Shown in pieces: positions 19,410 to 26,814 of a DNA stretch of 31,766 nucleotides. The notes under the pieces are model-generated. The model worked only from the letters and a program-made list of their open reading frames with translations, did not search any database and had not been told where the DNA came from. The stretch's first letter is position 1. Each line of letters starts with the position of its first letter. Source of the DNA: a virus (lineage: Duplodnaviria > Caudoviricetes); IMG/VR virus record IMGVR_UViG_3300007540_000052, positions 1 through 31,766 of that record. One strand, 5' to 3'. Made by a program: the position numbers and the translations under genes.

Positions 19410-19699
19410 GTTAGTAGTTCCTTTATCGTGTTACCTAACAATGTTAGGTTTTCCTCGTTTATTATTAAAGCCACACCCCCTGCTGTTTTTATAGCCGCTA
19501 ACTCTCTGTCTTGTAGGGCTGTAGTTTTACCTTTACCCGCCTTACATTCAATCGCAAGAAACCTACCTTTAGCGCAACATATGATGTCGGGTATACCTGC
19601 TCTACCCATGCCATTCGCTACTGGGAAAAAGTAATACACACCAACTTCTTTTAGTAGCGCGGTGCACTTAGCTTTTACTTTGGATTCAGGGGTAGCCAT
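19406..19699 (-). CDS. VRR-NUC domain nuclease (Holliday-junction resolvase-like)
   Basis: TPESKVK...GIPDII...FLAIECKAG...LQ signature. Confidence 0.85.
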   Translation of the reverse strand: MATPESKVKAKCTALLKEVGVYYFFPVANGMGRAGIPDIICCAKGRFLAIECKAGKGKTTALQDRELAAIKTAGGVALIINEENLTLLGNTIKELLT

Positions 19700-19705
19700 A
19701 TGTTT

Positions 19706-19734
19706 ACTATATTCCTATTTTTATACATTGTCAA
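19706..19734 (-). promoter_or_regulatory. Sigma70 promoter TTGACA-17-TATAGT, probably leaderless
   Basis: -35 at 19729-19734 and -10 at 19706-19711, with only 6 nt between the -10 and the ATG. Confidence 0.75.
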
Positions 19735-19749
19735 GTAATTAAACGTAAA

Positions 19750-19785
19750 TAAATGGGGGGTTAAATGGGGGGTTAAATGGGGGGT
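19750..19785. repeat. 12-bp tandem repeat x3 (taaatggggggt)
   Basis: Three exact intergenic copies. Confidence 0.95.
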
Positions 19786-19922
19786 TAGTATATTACACGC
19801 CCCCCGTCGTGGGCATTGAGAGAGTAGATGTTAAGTGCGCTTTCGCATTTGTCTAGACTTAACACCCCATCGTTAACCGCATATACAAGATGGCTTCACG
19901 ACGAATCAATTACACTAGACGC

Positions 19923-20126
19923 TCATAGAAAAAGGTCAAGCTGCTTTGGTTTGTTTGTTTCCATATGCTCTTTTAAGATATTACGCATCACAGCTTGCAT
20001 TGTATTCGGGTACTGCGTACGATAATAATTCAACACCTCTGGCTCTAACCTAATGCTAGTGCAAAACATAGCTGGTTTAACTGCCTTACCACGACCTTTA
20101 CGTACTTGTTTAGTTTCAGTATTCAT
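19923..20126 (-). CDS. BrnA-antitoxin-like ribbon-helix-helix protein (start revised to MNTETK)
   Basis: GRGK...TSIRLEPEVLNYYR...MQAVMRNILKEHM resembles the BrnA C-terminal RHH pattern; ATGA coupling. Confidence 0.6.
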   Translation of the reverse strand: MNTETKQVRKGRGKAVKPAMFCTSIRLEPEVLNYYRTQYPNTMQAVMRNILKEHMETNKPKQLDLFL

Positions 20127-20332
20127 TTTTCCGCCTTGGCTTCTCGCCACCCTGTTCGGTACCCACATTCAAATGCTTTACGTAGTGTAGTAATAGCAAG
20201 CATATCAGCAGATTGCGATGCTATAAACTCAGCCGTTGCTACGTGTGCACGTCTTAAATCAATAAGTTCTATGTTTAATTTTTGCCTGTTGAGTCGTGCT
20301 TCCAGTTCTTCAAACGCTTCGTCTTCAGTCAT
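20123..20332 (-). CDS. Hypothetical phage protein
   Basis: AGGAG SD; 69-aa ORF in the operon. Confidence 0.7.
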   Translation of the reverse strand: MTEDEAFEELEARLNRQKLNIELIDLRRAHVATAEFIASQSADMLAITTLRKAFECGYRTGWREAKAEK

Positions 20333-20343
20333 GTACGCTGCTC

Positions 20344-20592
20344 CTATGGTTTGTATTTACGTTCTTGCCAAAACTGCATAGTTTTACCTTCTTTTTTAGT
20401 CGTAACCCAATCTAAATCATATACTGGTATAGCTTTTTCTGTCTTATATTGGGCGGTAGTCAACGGCACTGCGCTTACCCAAATTTTCATAAACGCATCT
20501 TTAAGATTCGCAGTGGAGAACCGTGCCACAACCCACTCGTTATTAAAACCGTACCCACCTTCTTCATACCTTATATATTTTAAGTAGTGCAT
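20344..20592 (-). CDS. Hypothetical phage protein
   Basis: GGAGAG SD; 82 aa. Confidence 0.65.
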   Translation of the reverse strand: MHYLKYIRYEEGGYGFNNEWVVARFSTANLKDAFMKIWVSAVPLTTAQYKTEKAIPVYDLDWVTTKKEGKTMQFWQERKYKP

Positions 20593-20601
20593 TTCTCTCT
20601 C

Positions 20602-20871
20602 CTAGTCGTTGCCACACATATCTTTCGTATCTCTAACCCATTCCTTTAGTTCTCCCACAACCTCCACTTCGGCTTCTGTTTCGATCCATACCCGTGCACC
20701 ACACGACAACGGTTTATCGGCACTGTACACCACCCTACTGTTGCCCTTTATGATTACTTCATGTGCGTAAGTATTGCTTTTGTACGTCTTAACCGTCAAC
20801 ACAGGATCGTTCGTACCTTCCTTAGCATTCTTCTTAATAATGTGTTGATTGACGTGAATAATTGTTTTCAT
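20602..20871 (-). CDS. Conserved hypothetical phage protein (IHVNQH...PLSCGARVWIET family)
   Basis: Strong AAGGAGAGAG SD and a recognisable phage motif. Confidence 0.8.
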   Translation of the reverse strand: MKTIIHVNQHIIKKNAKEGTNDPVLTVKTYKSNTYAHEVIIKGNSRVVYSADKPLSCGARVWIETEAEVEVVGELKEWVRDTKDMCGND

Positions 20872-20945
20872 TTCTCTCTCCTTATGTTTACGTTACTTAA
20901 CTTTATAACTATATTTTAAGAACATGTTTATAGCTGCGACATATT

Positions 20946-21035
20946 TCATGTGTTCTTCTCCTTTAGTTTGGCTTCTATGGCACGGGCAAAAACCATTTCG
21001 TCATACCCTTTATTCCACCAGTCGTCAAAATTCAT
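20946..21035 (-). CDS. 29-aa small protein MNFDDWWNKGYDEMVFARAIEAKLKEKNT (not in ORF track)
   Basis: ATGA overlap with the upstream stop. The FARAIEAKLKEKNT tail is a common phage small-ORF ending. Confidence 0.55.
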   Translation of the reverse strand: MNFDDWWNKGYDEMVFARAIEAKLKEKNT

Positions 21036-21256
21036 TCTTCCATTTTAAAATGATCTTTAATAACTTTATGTATTAAGTAGCTACGATCCGCTCGCGCCAG
21101 TAAATAGTTACGGGAAAGATTAGCACACTCCATAATAATCAACTCCGCAAACCTCTGAATCATAAAATCATTTAATTTATAAACCTTGTCGCTTGGCACA
21201 TCAGCACTTTCATCAAAAAAAGCTTTGATAATAAGTTTTTCAATTACGTCATTCAT
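21032..21256 (-). CDS. Hypothetical phage protein (FAELIIxEC family)
   Basis: AGGAG SD; RFAELIIMEC...IKDHF motif. Confidence 0.75.
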   Translation of the reverse strand: MNDVIEKLIIKAFFDESADVPSDKVYKLNDFMIQRFAELIIMECANLSRNYLLARADRSYLIHKVIKDHFKMEE

Positions 21257-21473
21257 TGTTCTTCTCCTCCTGAACCTCTAATATAAAACGGGCTATGTGA
21301 ATTGCTAAATCAGGATCTATACCCGCCCCAATAAATCTACCTTCTTTATCGGTTTGACAAGACACCGCAACAGCAATTGTTTCTGCTAGCCATTCGTCTG
21401 AAGCCATAGATAATCGCGCAAGTGCTTGAATGGCTTCTTTCTTACGTAGTCTAAGCATTTCTGTATCTTTCAT
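21249..21473 (-). CDS. Hypothetical phage protein (start revised to MKDTEM)
   Basis: TAATG coupling with the upstream gene. Confidence 0.65.
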   Translation of the reverse strand: MKDTEMLRLRKKEAIQALARLSMASDEWLAETIAVAVSCQTDKEGRFIGAGIDPDLAIHIARFILEVQEEKNNE

Positions 21474-21895
21474 TACTTCTTCCCCCAAACTTTACGCTTT
21501 TGCTTCAGCACTTTATGTGGGTCTATATCTAAAACCCTTATACTGCGGGTATATTTCCTAGAAAAGTCTTCTACACTAACGCCCTGCTCTTGTAGCTGTA
21601 ATGCTAACTCCTTAGTCCTACCAAACGGGTCGTGTGCCATCAAAGGGTTCATAAAGGGGGCATCGCCCCCCCATGCATGTGCGGTTTCCAAATTACTAAG
21701 TAGGAATACTTTATGCCGAACGCCAGAACCCTTTGTAAGCCTCGATACAACATGCCCAGATTTACATAAAGACGCCATAGCTCTATGGGCTGGCGATATA
21801 CTTATACCAAACTTCCAACATATATCGTTAATACTACGTGGTTCAGTGCAATACTTAGCTACTGCTTGCTTGTCTAAGGTTGACGTTCTTGGCAT
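21473..21895 (-). CDS. Putative winged-helix DNA-binding protein (start revised to MPRTST)
   Basis: AAGGAG SD; SINDICWKFGISISPAHRAMASLCKSGHV is wHTH-like. Confidence 0.6.
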   Translation of the reverse strand: MPRTSTLDKQAVAKYCTEPRSINDICWKFGISISPAHRAMASLCKSGHVVSRLTKGSGVRHKVFLLSNLETAHAWGGDAPFMNPLMAHDPFGRTKELALQLQEQGVSVEDFSRKYTRSIRVLDIDPHKVLKQKRKVWGKK

Positions 21896-21905
21896 GGCAT
21901 TCTCC

Positions 21906-22103
21906 TTAATGCGATTTAGTAACGAGCGACTTGTAGTAACTCCACTTATCCATATACACCTGCTGTTCACTAGGGGGCACCCACCCCTTGCGTCTGAACG
22001 TAGCTAACACATCAGTAGATGCCGCTTGGGTGTAGGGCTCGTGGTCAAACGTTGTCGTTATGTTGTCTTCTTGTTGCATGACTTTCTCCTTTGGGTAGTG
22101 CAT
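21906..22103 (-). CDS. Hypothetical phage protein (TDVxxTFRRxGWVPPSE family)
   Basis: Recognisable motif. An alternative start at 22079 follows AAGGAG. Confidence 0.7.
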   Translation of the reverse strand: MHYPKEKVMQQEDNITTTFDHEPYTQAASTDVLATFRRKGWVPPSEQQVYMDKWSYYKSLVTKSH

Positions 22104-22318
22104 TACTTAGATTTTTTATACATTGTTCTATATAGAAATTCTTCTACAGGTATTGCGCCTAACTTATTTAGTATGCTCTCGCTTATAGGTAAATCTTGTT
22201 TTGTAATTCCCGGGTATGCAAACCCCGAATATTTGCTATGTGGAACGTATGTAATACCGCTTAGTCTGTAGCATTTAACTGGGTTGCGTTCAGCGATATC
22301 AAATATTAGCTTGCTCAT
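22103..22318 (-). CDS. Hypothetical phage protein
   Basis: AAGGAG SD and coupled stop/start codons. Confidence 0.7.
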   Translation of the reverse strand: MSKLIFDIAERNPVKCYRLSGITYVPHSKYSGFAYPGITKQDLPISESILNKLGAIPVEEFLYRTMYKKSK

Positions 22319-22542
22319 GTTGATTCTCCTTTTGGTTTTTGGTCTGCTGTTAATATGTCTTGCCGCTTTTTAATGATTATGCTTGCTCGTGCCATAGCGT
22401 CATTAAATCCTGCACCACCTGCTAGCGCTTGCCCTACGTAGTAGTCCCACAACGTCATGCCTTCAAACCTGAATGTGTTGTCATCTAAAGACGCACCGTT
22501 TAATGTTGGGTACGCAGGACCTCCTGACTTTGATAGTTCCAT
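22315..22542 (-). CDS. Hypothetical phage protein (GGPAFP/GMTLRDYFA family; start revised to MELSKS)
   Basis: GGPAYP...EGMTLWDYYVGQALAG motif; AAGGAG SD. Confidence 0.7.
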   Translation of the reverse strand: MELSKSGGPAYPTLNGASLDDNTFRFEGMTLWDYYVGQALAGGAGFNDAMARASIIIKKRQDILTADQKPKGEST

Positions 22543-22553
22543 ATGCTTTCTCC

Positions 22554-22703
22554 TTAATAGCAAGTTGTTGTGCAGTTGCCTGAGTAGCAACACGTTGTAC
22601 ATACGATAGTCCTACCATCAATGAATGTAGTGCTGGTAACACACGCCGCATATACCGCTGTCGATACAGCCATAGCTGCTATAGCTAAAATTACTTTCTT
22701 CAT
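22554..22703 (-). CDS. 49-aa secreted Cys-rich mini-protein (not in ORF track)
   Basis: MKKVILAIAAMAVSTAVYA signal peptide followed by ACVTSTTFIDGRTIVCTTCCYSGNCTTTCY; AAGGAG SD and ATGA coupling. Confidence 0.8.
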   Translation of the reverse strand: MKKVILAIAAMAVSTAVYAACVTSTTFIDGRTIVCTTCCYSGNCTTTCY

Positions 22704-22984
22704 TTGAACCACTCCTTCATAGACTGCCATAATGTTTTAGGTTTAACGACTTTTTGTACAGGTACAGGCACAGGTTTAGGTTTGGGTACAATTTTAGGTT
22801 TAGGTTTAGGTGTTTTAACTTTTGTAGGTTGTAACGATATGATGTCTAACAACCCATCTTCCACCATTTCACCTCTTATCTTGTAAACCGTAGACCTACT
22901 AACTTTAAGGCTAGTTATAACTTGTACAGGCGTAAACCCTTTCTGCAAAAGTTTACGTACCTTATATGTTTTTGTGCGAACCAT
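22700..22984 (-). CDS. HTH protein with Pro/Lys-rich tail
   Basis: TPVQVITSLKVSRSTVYKIR HTH followed by a KPKPK linker. Confidence 0.65.
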   Translation of the reverse strand: MVRTKTYKVRKLLQKGFTPVQVITSLKVSRSTVYKIRGEMVEDGLLDIISLQPTKVKTPKPKPKIVPKPKPVPVPVQKVVKPKTLWQSMKEWFK

Positions 22985-23184
22985 TACTGATCTCCTTGTG
23001 TTGTTTCTTTTACTACCCTGCCATCAGGGTACGTTAGTGTTTGTTGCATACGACTTGGTAACTCAAGTGCTTTTAGTGCCCCCACCCTATGCACTATTTG
23101 TTGCATGGTTTGCCCTTTCATTAGGGGGCGCATATAAATAGGCTCTAACTCTTTTTTTGTTGCTTTAGTTGTTTTAGCTTTCAT
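22984..23184 (-). CDS. Hypothetical phage protein
   Basis: AAGGA SD; first gene after a promoter. Confidence 0.7.
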   Translation of the reverse strand: MKAKTTKATKKELEPIYMRPLMKGQTMQQIVHRVGALKALELPSRMQQTLTYPDGRVVKETTQGDQ

Positions 23185-23206
23185 GCTTTATCCTTTATTA
23201 TGTTAC

Positions 23207-23234
23207 ATAATACAACACTTTTTAACAATGTCAA
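23207..23234 (-). promoter_or_regulatory. Sigma70 promoter TTGACA-16-TATTAT with overlapping palindrome
   Basis: -35 at 23229-23234 and -10 at 23207-23212; palindrome TATTATGT-n-ACATAATA at 23196-23212. Confidence 0.7.
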
Positions 23235-24109
23235 GAAGTTAAAATAAAAGAATTATTCCGCCCCCGAAATCCTACGTCTTTAACCGCTTGCCCTACTTCT
23301 ACTAGCTTAAGTATTCCTAGCTTGTACTTAGTATCTTCGGATAAGTCTTCTAATTTTTGGGCAACAAATTCTTGCTCAGTGTTTCGTATGTAGTAGGTAT
23401 CCCCTTCCTGCAGTACTTTAATTGCCATATCTTGGTTTTCAAGATACACTAAACTACCTAGTATTTTTTCCTCCTCACATAAAACTAAAAACTCTTCAAA
23501 ATCTGCCTTTTCAGTTAAACAATCTCCTATAAACGTTTCTAAGTTGTTTTTCACGAACTCAATCATTTTTTCCTTGTTAGCATTGAACTCAAAAGAAACT
23601 TTTCTGCCTACGCTTGTATTAGCAATCTCTAAGTCCCTTAGTGTAACAAGCATTGCGTCATCAAACTTTTCGACGTCTGTAAGCGGGCGTATAATTTTAT
23701 CTACGTTTTTAATGGCTTTCTTGAGGTCACTTGTCTTAGCAACCTTATTTTGTGTATGTGAGTCTCTTTCCCCACTAACTACATACATCTTTTTACCCCT
23801 GCCGTACGAATACTCTGAACTTAAATAACCTATAACTGTTTTACTATCCGAAACTTTAAAAATTCTCGGTTCTGTACGAGTTGCCGCATTGTCTACATCT
23901 ATATGCAGGTTTGAATGTACAGCTTCTAATCTCCACTCAGGGTGTTTAACTGCTACAGTTTCTATAAATTTATGCATGCCTTCAGGCAAGCCCGCTCCTA
24001 AGCATTTGAAATTTAAAACGTCTGGTCTTTTAATTGTATCTTGTAAAACTTTTTCCACGTTTACATTAGGCAGCTTCAATTCTATTAAATCGTTTATATC
24101 CATGCTCAT
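23231..24109 (-). CDS. Hypothetical phage protein (292 aa)
   Basis: AAGGAG SD; long ORF. Confidence 0.8.
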   Translation of the reverse strand: MSMDINDLIELKLPNVNVEKVLQDTIKRPDVLNFKCLGAGLPEGMHKFIETVAVKHPEWRLEAVHSNLHIDVDNAATRTEPRIFKVSDSKTVIGYLSSEYSYGRGKKMYVVSGERDSHTQNKVAKTSDLKKAIKNVDKIIRPLTDVEKFDDAMLVTLRDLEIANTSVGRKVSFEFNANKEKMIEFVKNNLETFIGDCLTEKADFEEFLVLCEEEKILGSLVYLENQDMAIKVLQEGDTYYIRNTEQEFVAQKLEDLSEDTKYKLGILKLVEVGQAVKDVGFRGRNNSFILTS

Positions 24110-24114
24110 TCTCC

Positions 24115-24966
24115 TTACCAGTTAAACTTGTTAATGATGCTATCAATCTTAGTTTTCATATCACTACGCACCAAGGCATCGTCTTTAATTTCTTCTATGT
24201 CTGCACCTAACATTGTTAGTTCTAGTGCCTTACGTGCTTCTTCCAACTGTGGGTCTTTAGTAATGTTGAGGTTAGTTAACAGGGAACACATAGCCTGCGC
24301 GTTCGTAACAAACGTATCATGCCAACGTTTCTTCTCATCAGCCGACGACAATGATAGTTTCTCGCTCATAGAAGTCAGCATCGTGTGCAGATCATTCCAA
24401 GGCTTACGCATAGCATCAGTCAACCGTGCGTTGAAGTCCACCTCGTACTGCTCCCGCATCTCTGTTAAGTCTTGCTGTGGTACATCTAAGCGGAAGTCCC
24501 CAGACTCAGGCAACGGGCTAAACACTAACTTAAACCCAAACTTCTCTCGCACTTCATTTGCGTCAGGGTAATCCTCTTCGTTATATAAGCTACCCATGTA
24601 TATCTTCGATGCATGCTTGAGGTTGTCGTAGTTGTCTACTAACTTATCCGCAAGGGTATTGAAGTGAGCCGTACGCACATTCATGTTGGTCTTGTAGTCC
24701 ATGAACAAACTTGTGGGTAACATACGCCCACCACGATCAGCCCAAGGTAACGTAACTCTGTTGTTATACAGTCTGCATGCCGCCGCAAAATCACTTATGT
24801 CTTTACGTAGTGACGTACCTGCAAGTAGATTCTTACGAAACGCCCCTGACTGTGCCCCTGCACCGTTGTCGTTGATCACCGATTGGGTTGCACCCTTGTC
24901 TAATTTAGCGGCTGTCCACACGCTGATGTTTAACTCTACTAGTACTGCGCTTGATGATATGCTCAT
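24115..24966 (-). CDS. DUF3150-like protein (start revised to MSISSS)
   Basis: Helical protein with VLVELNISVW...LPW motifs, located near the AAA and vWA genes as expected for this family. Confidence 0.55.
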   Translation of the reverse strand: MSISSSAVLVELNISVWTAAKLDKGATQSVINDNGAGAQSGAFRKNLLAGTSLRKDISDFAAACRLYNNRVTLPWADRGGRMLPTSLFMDYKTNMNVRTAHFNTLADKLVDNYDNLKHASKIYMGSLYNEEDYPDANEVREKFGFKLVFSPLPESGDFRLDVPQQDLTEMREQYEVDFNARLTDAMRKPWNDLHTMLTSMSEKLSLSSADEKKRWHDTFVTNAQAMCSLLTNLNITKDPQLEEARKALELTMLGADIEEIKDDALVRSDMKTKIDSIINKFNW

Positions 24967-25026
24967 GATGTTCTCTCTATGTTTAAGGTTGGTACTGCAT
25001 ATTCCTAACAAATGTTAGGTTTTTGT

Positions 25027-25206
25027 TTACTTTTCTATTGCTGTAAGCCAGTCGTGTACATGTTGGTATGCTGCTATCTCGTCTATAGCGTACACACCGG
25101 TATCACGTTGTCGTCGTTCGCCACCTTTTATATACACAACAGTGTGAAACTTTAGCCCTTCGCTAGTAGGCGGACTAGTACCTTGCTTGACGCTTATTAC
25201 CTCCAT
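25027..25206 (-). CDS. 59-aa hypothetical protein MEVISVKQG...WLTAIEK (not in ORF track)
   Basis: TAATG coupling to the upstream gene; it fills the gap and ends just before a palindrome copy. Confidence 0.6.
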   Translation of the reverse strand: MEVISVKQGTSPPTSEGLKFHTVVYIKGGERRQRDTGVYAIDEIAAYQHVHDWLTAIEK

Positions 25207-25451
25207 TAGTCATTCTCCGGTTTACCTGCTAACTTCGCCATACGATATAAATTATCGGGTAGTACTTCCATAACAAACTTTTCCTCGTCTTGTGGGTACA
25301 CGTAATGCAACACCGTAGGATTGCTTTCCTCGTCTTTCGTATACTTAGTGTCGTACAGCTCTGCCTTACCTAACACTTCAGCAATTTTTATTGCGTCTGC
25401 TGAATCGACTACATATTTTTTCCAGCCTAATATAACCACGACCTTAGCCAT
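25206..25451 (-). CDS. Hypothetical phage protein
   Basis: GGAG SD; 81 aa. Confidence 0.75.
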   Translation of the reverse strand: MAKVVVILGWKKYVVDSADAIKIAEVLGKAELYDTKYTKDEESNPTVLHYVYPQDEEKFVMEVLPDNLYRMAKLAGKPEND

Positions 25452-25602
25452 TTTTTTTCTCCATTAAAGTAAGTAATTTTTCGAATGCGGCATGCCACCC
25501 TGCTTTGAATGATGTCTTGGCGGTATGTCGTAATGCTAGAGCACCGAACCCTTCACCGAACAAACGCTCGTACTCTTGTTCCCACAATTCCTTGTCTTCC
25601 AT
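25444..25602 (-). CDS. 52-aa hypothetical protein MEDKELWEQEY...MEKKNG (not in ORF track)
   Basis: GGAG SD within the end of the vWA gene; fills the gap; contains an FxAGW motif. Confidence 0.6.
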   Translation of the reverse strand: MEDKELWEQEYERLFGEGFGALALRHTAKTSFKAGWHAAFEKLLTLMEKKNG

Positions 25603-25604
25603 TT

Positions 25605-26789
25605 TTACATCTCCACATGAATGGTCTTACCTTGGGGGGATACCGTTTTGTTACCACCTACTATTGCCCACAGTACGGGCACGTTCTGCCACTCGTCATC
25701 TGTACCCCAGTCATCTATGTAACCATCGGTCAAGACAATCACACACTCGGGCTTGATGCCTTCGTCTTTAAGATACTTCGCAACACATCGGGGGTCTGTA
25801 CCCCCACCACCACGCATATTCTGTATATCGACTGAGTTAAGACAGCCATCTTCATACTGCTTGTGTGCTTCAACTGCACCGTCCCAGTCAATCAGGTCAA
25901 TGCGATCAGGGCTTACCTCTTCTGCAATAGCCTTAGTCTCCGTTGCGCTGGCGTTTAACTCTTCACTACCCATCGAACCTGAGGTATCTCGGGCGATAAC
26001 AATATTACCTACCTTCTCACCAATCATTGTTGGCATGTATATACCTTGTGATAAGAACCTACGATTAGGTCTACGCCATGACGACGAATCCTTGTTTGCG
26101 CATACTGATGTAACAAACTCACGTAGCTGTTCGCGCCAGTCAACCTTGGGCTCTAGTAACTCGGCTAAGTCTCTAGGTGTATTACCCGCACCACCACCGA
26201 CACCTGCACCACCCATTGCACCTGATCGAATCGCTTGGTCAATCTCACGTTCGAGATTCTTCTTCTGATCATCGGTTAACTCTTGTGCACCTTCCCAATC
26301 ATGCTCGTCAAACCCACCACCACCTTCACCATCTCCATGCTCTTCACGTAACATGTCGAATACTTGCTTGGCGTTGAGTCCACGATACTTCTCGTCTATC
26401 AACCCATAGGGCTTACCATCTTTTTGTGGCATCGCAATGACTGTCTGCTTAGGGTCTAAGTCTTGTAGCTGTATGTTGATAACGTAGTCACATGCGGCAT
26501 TAGCTAACTGCTTGTCTATATCCCATAGCTTCTTCCATGTAAACAAGTGACGATACGCCTTGTGCATATTCTCGTGCATAACAACAAACGCCAACTCTTT
26601 ATCCTCTAGCCCATCAATAAACTCTGCACCGTATACCTCATCACGCCCATTGGTGTACGCACTTGAAACCCCTGTACGTACTTCAGTCTTACCAATCATC
26701 ATGATGCTCCCCCAAAACGCAAACTGTGGGTTACGCATTAACGCTATCTTAATCTTCTTGAGCCTACGCTCTTGTTTCTCTGTGTTCAT
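25605..26789 (-). CDS. Metallopeptidase-vWA protein (DUF2201-like)
   Basis: HENMH (HExxH) and NAACDYVIN; MIDAS motif DTSGS, GGGTD and VLTDGY. Confidence 0.88.
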   Translation of the reverse strand: MNTEKQERRLKKIKIALMRNPQFAFWGSIMMIGKTEVRTGVSSAYTNGRDEVYGAEFIDGLEDKELAFVVMHENMHKAYRHLFTWKKLWDIDKQLANAACDYVINIQLQDLDPKQTVIAMPQKDGKPYGLIDEKYRGLNAKQVFDMLREEHGDGEGGGGFDEHDWEGAQELTDDQKKNLEREIDQAIRSGAMGGAGVGGGAGNTPRDLAELLEPKVDWREQLREFVTSVCANKDSSSWRRPNRRFLSQGIYMPTMIGEKVGNIVIARDTSGSMGSEELNASATETKAIAEEVSPDRIDLIDWDGAVEAHKQYEDGCLNSVDIQNMRGGGGTDPRCVAKYLKDEGIKPECVIVLTDGYIDDWGTDDEWQNVPVLWAIVGGNKTVSPQGKTIHVEM

Positions 26790-26814
26790 CTCGTTTTCCT
26801 AACATTTGTTAGAT

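Noticed and set aside
19790-19922. tRNA gene or hammerhead ribozyme in the intergenic gap
   Set aside because: There is no cloverleaf or TTCGA T-loop and no CUGANGA core. It is kept only as an unclassified structured-RNA candidate.
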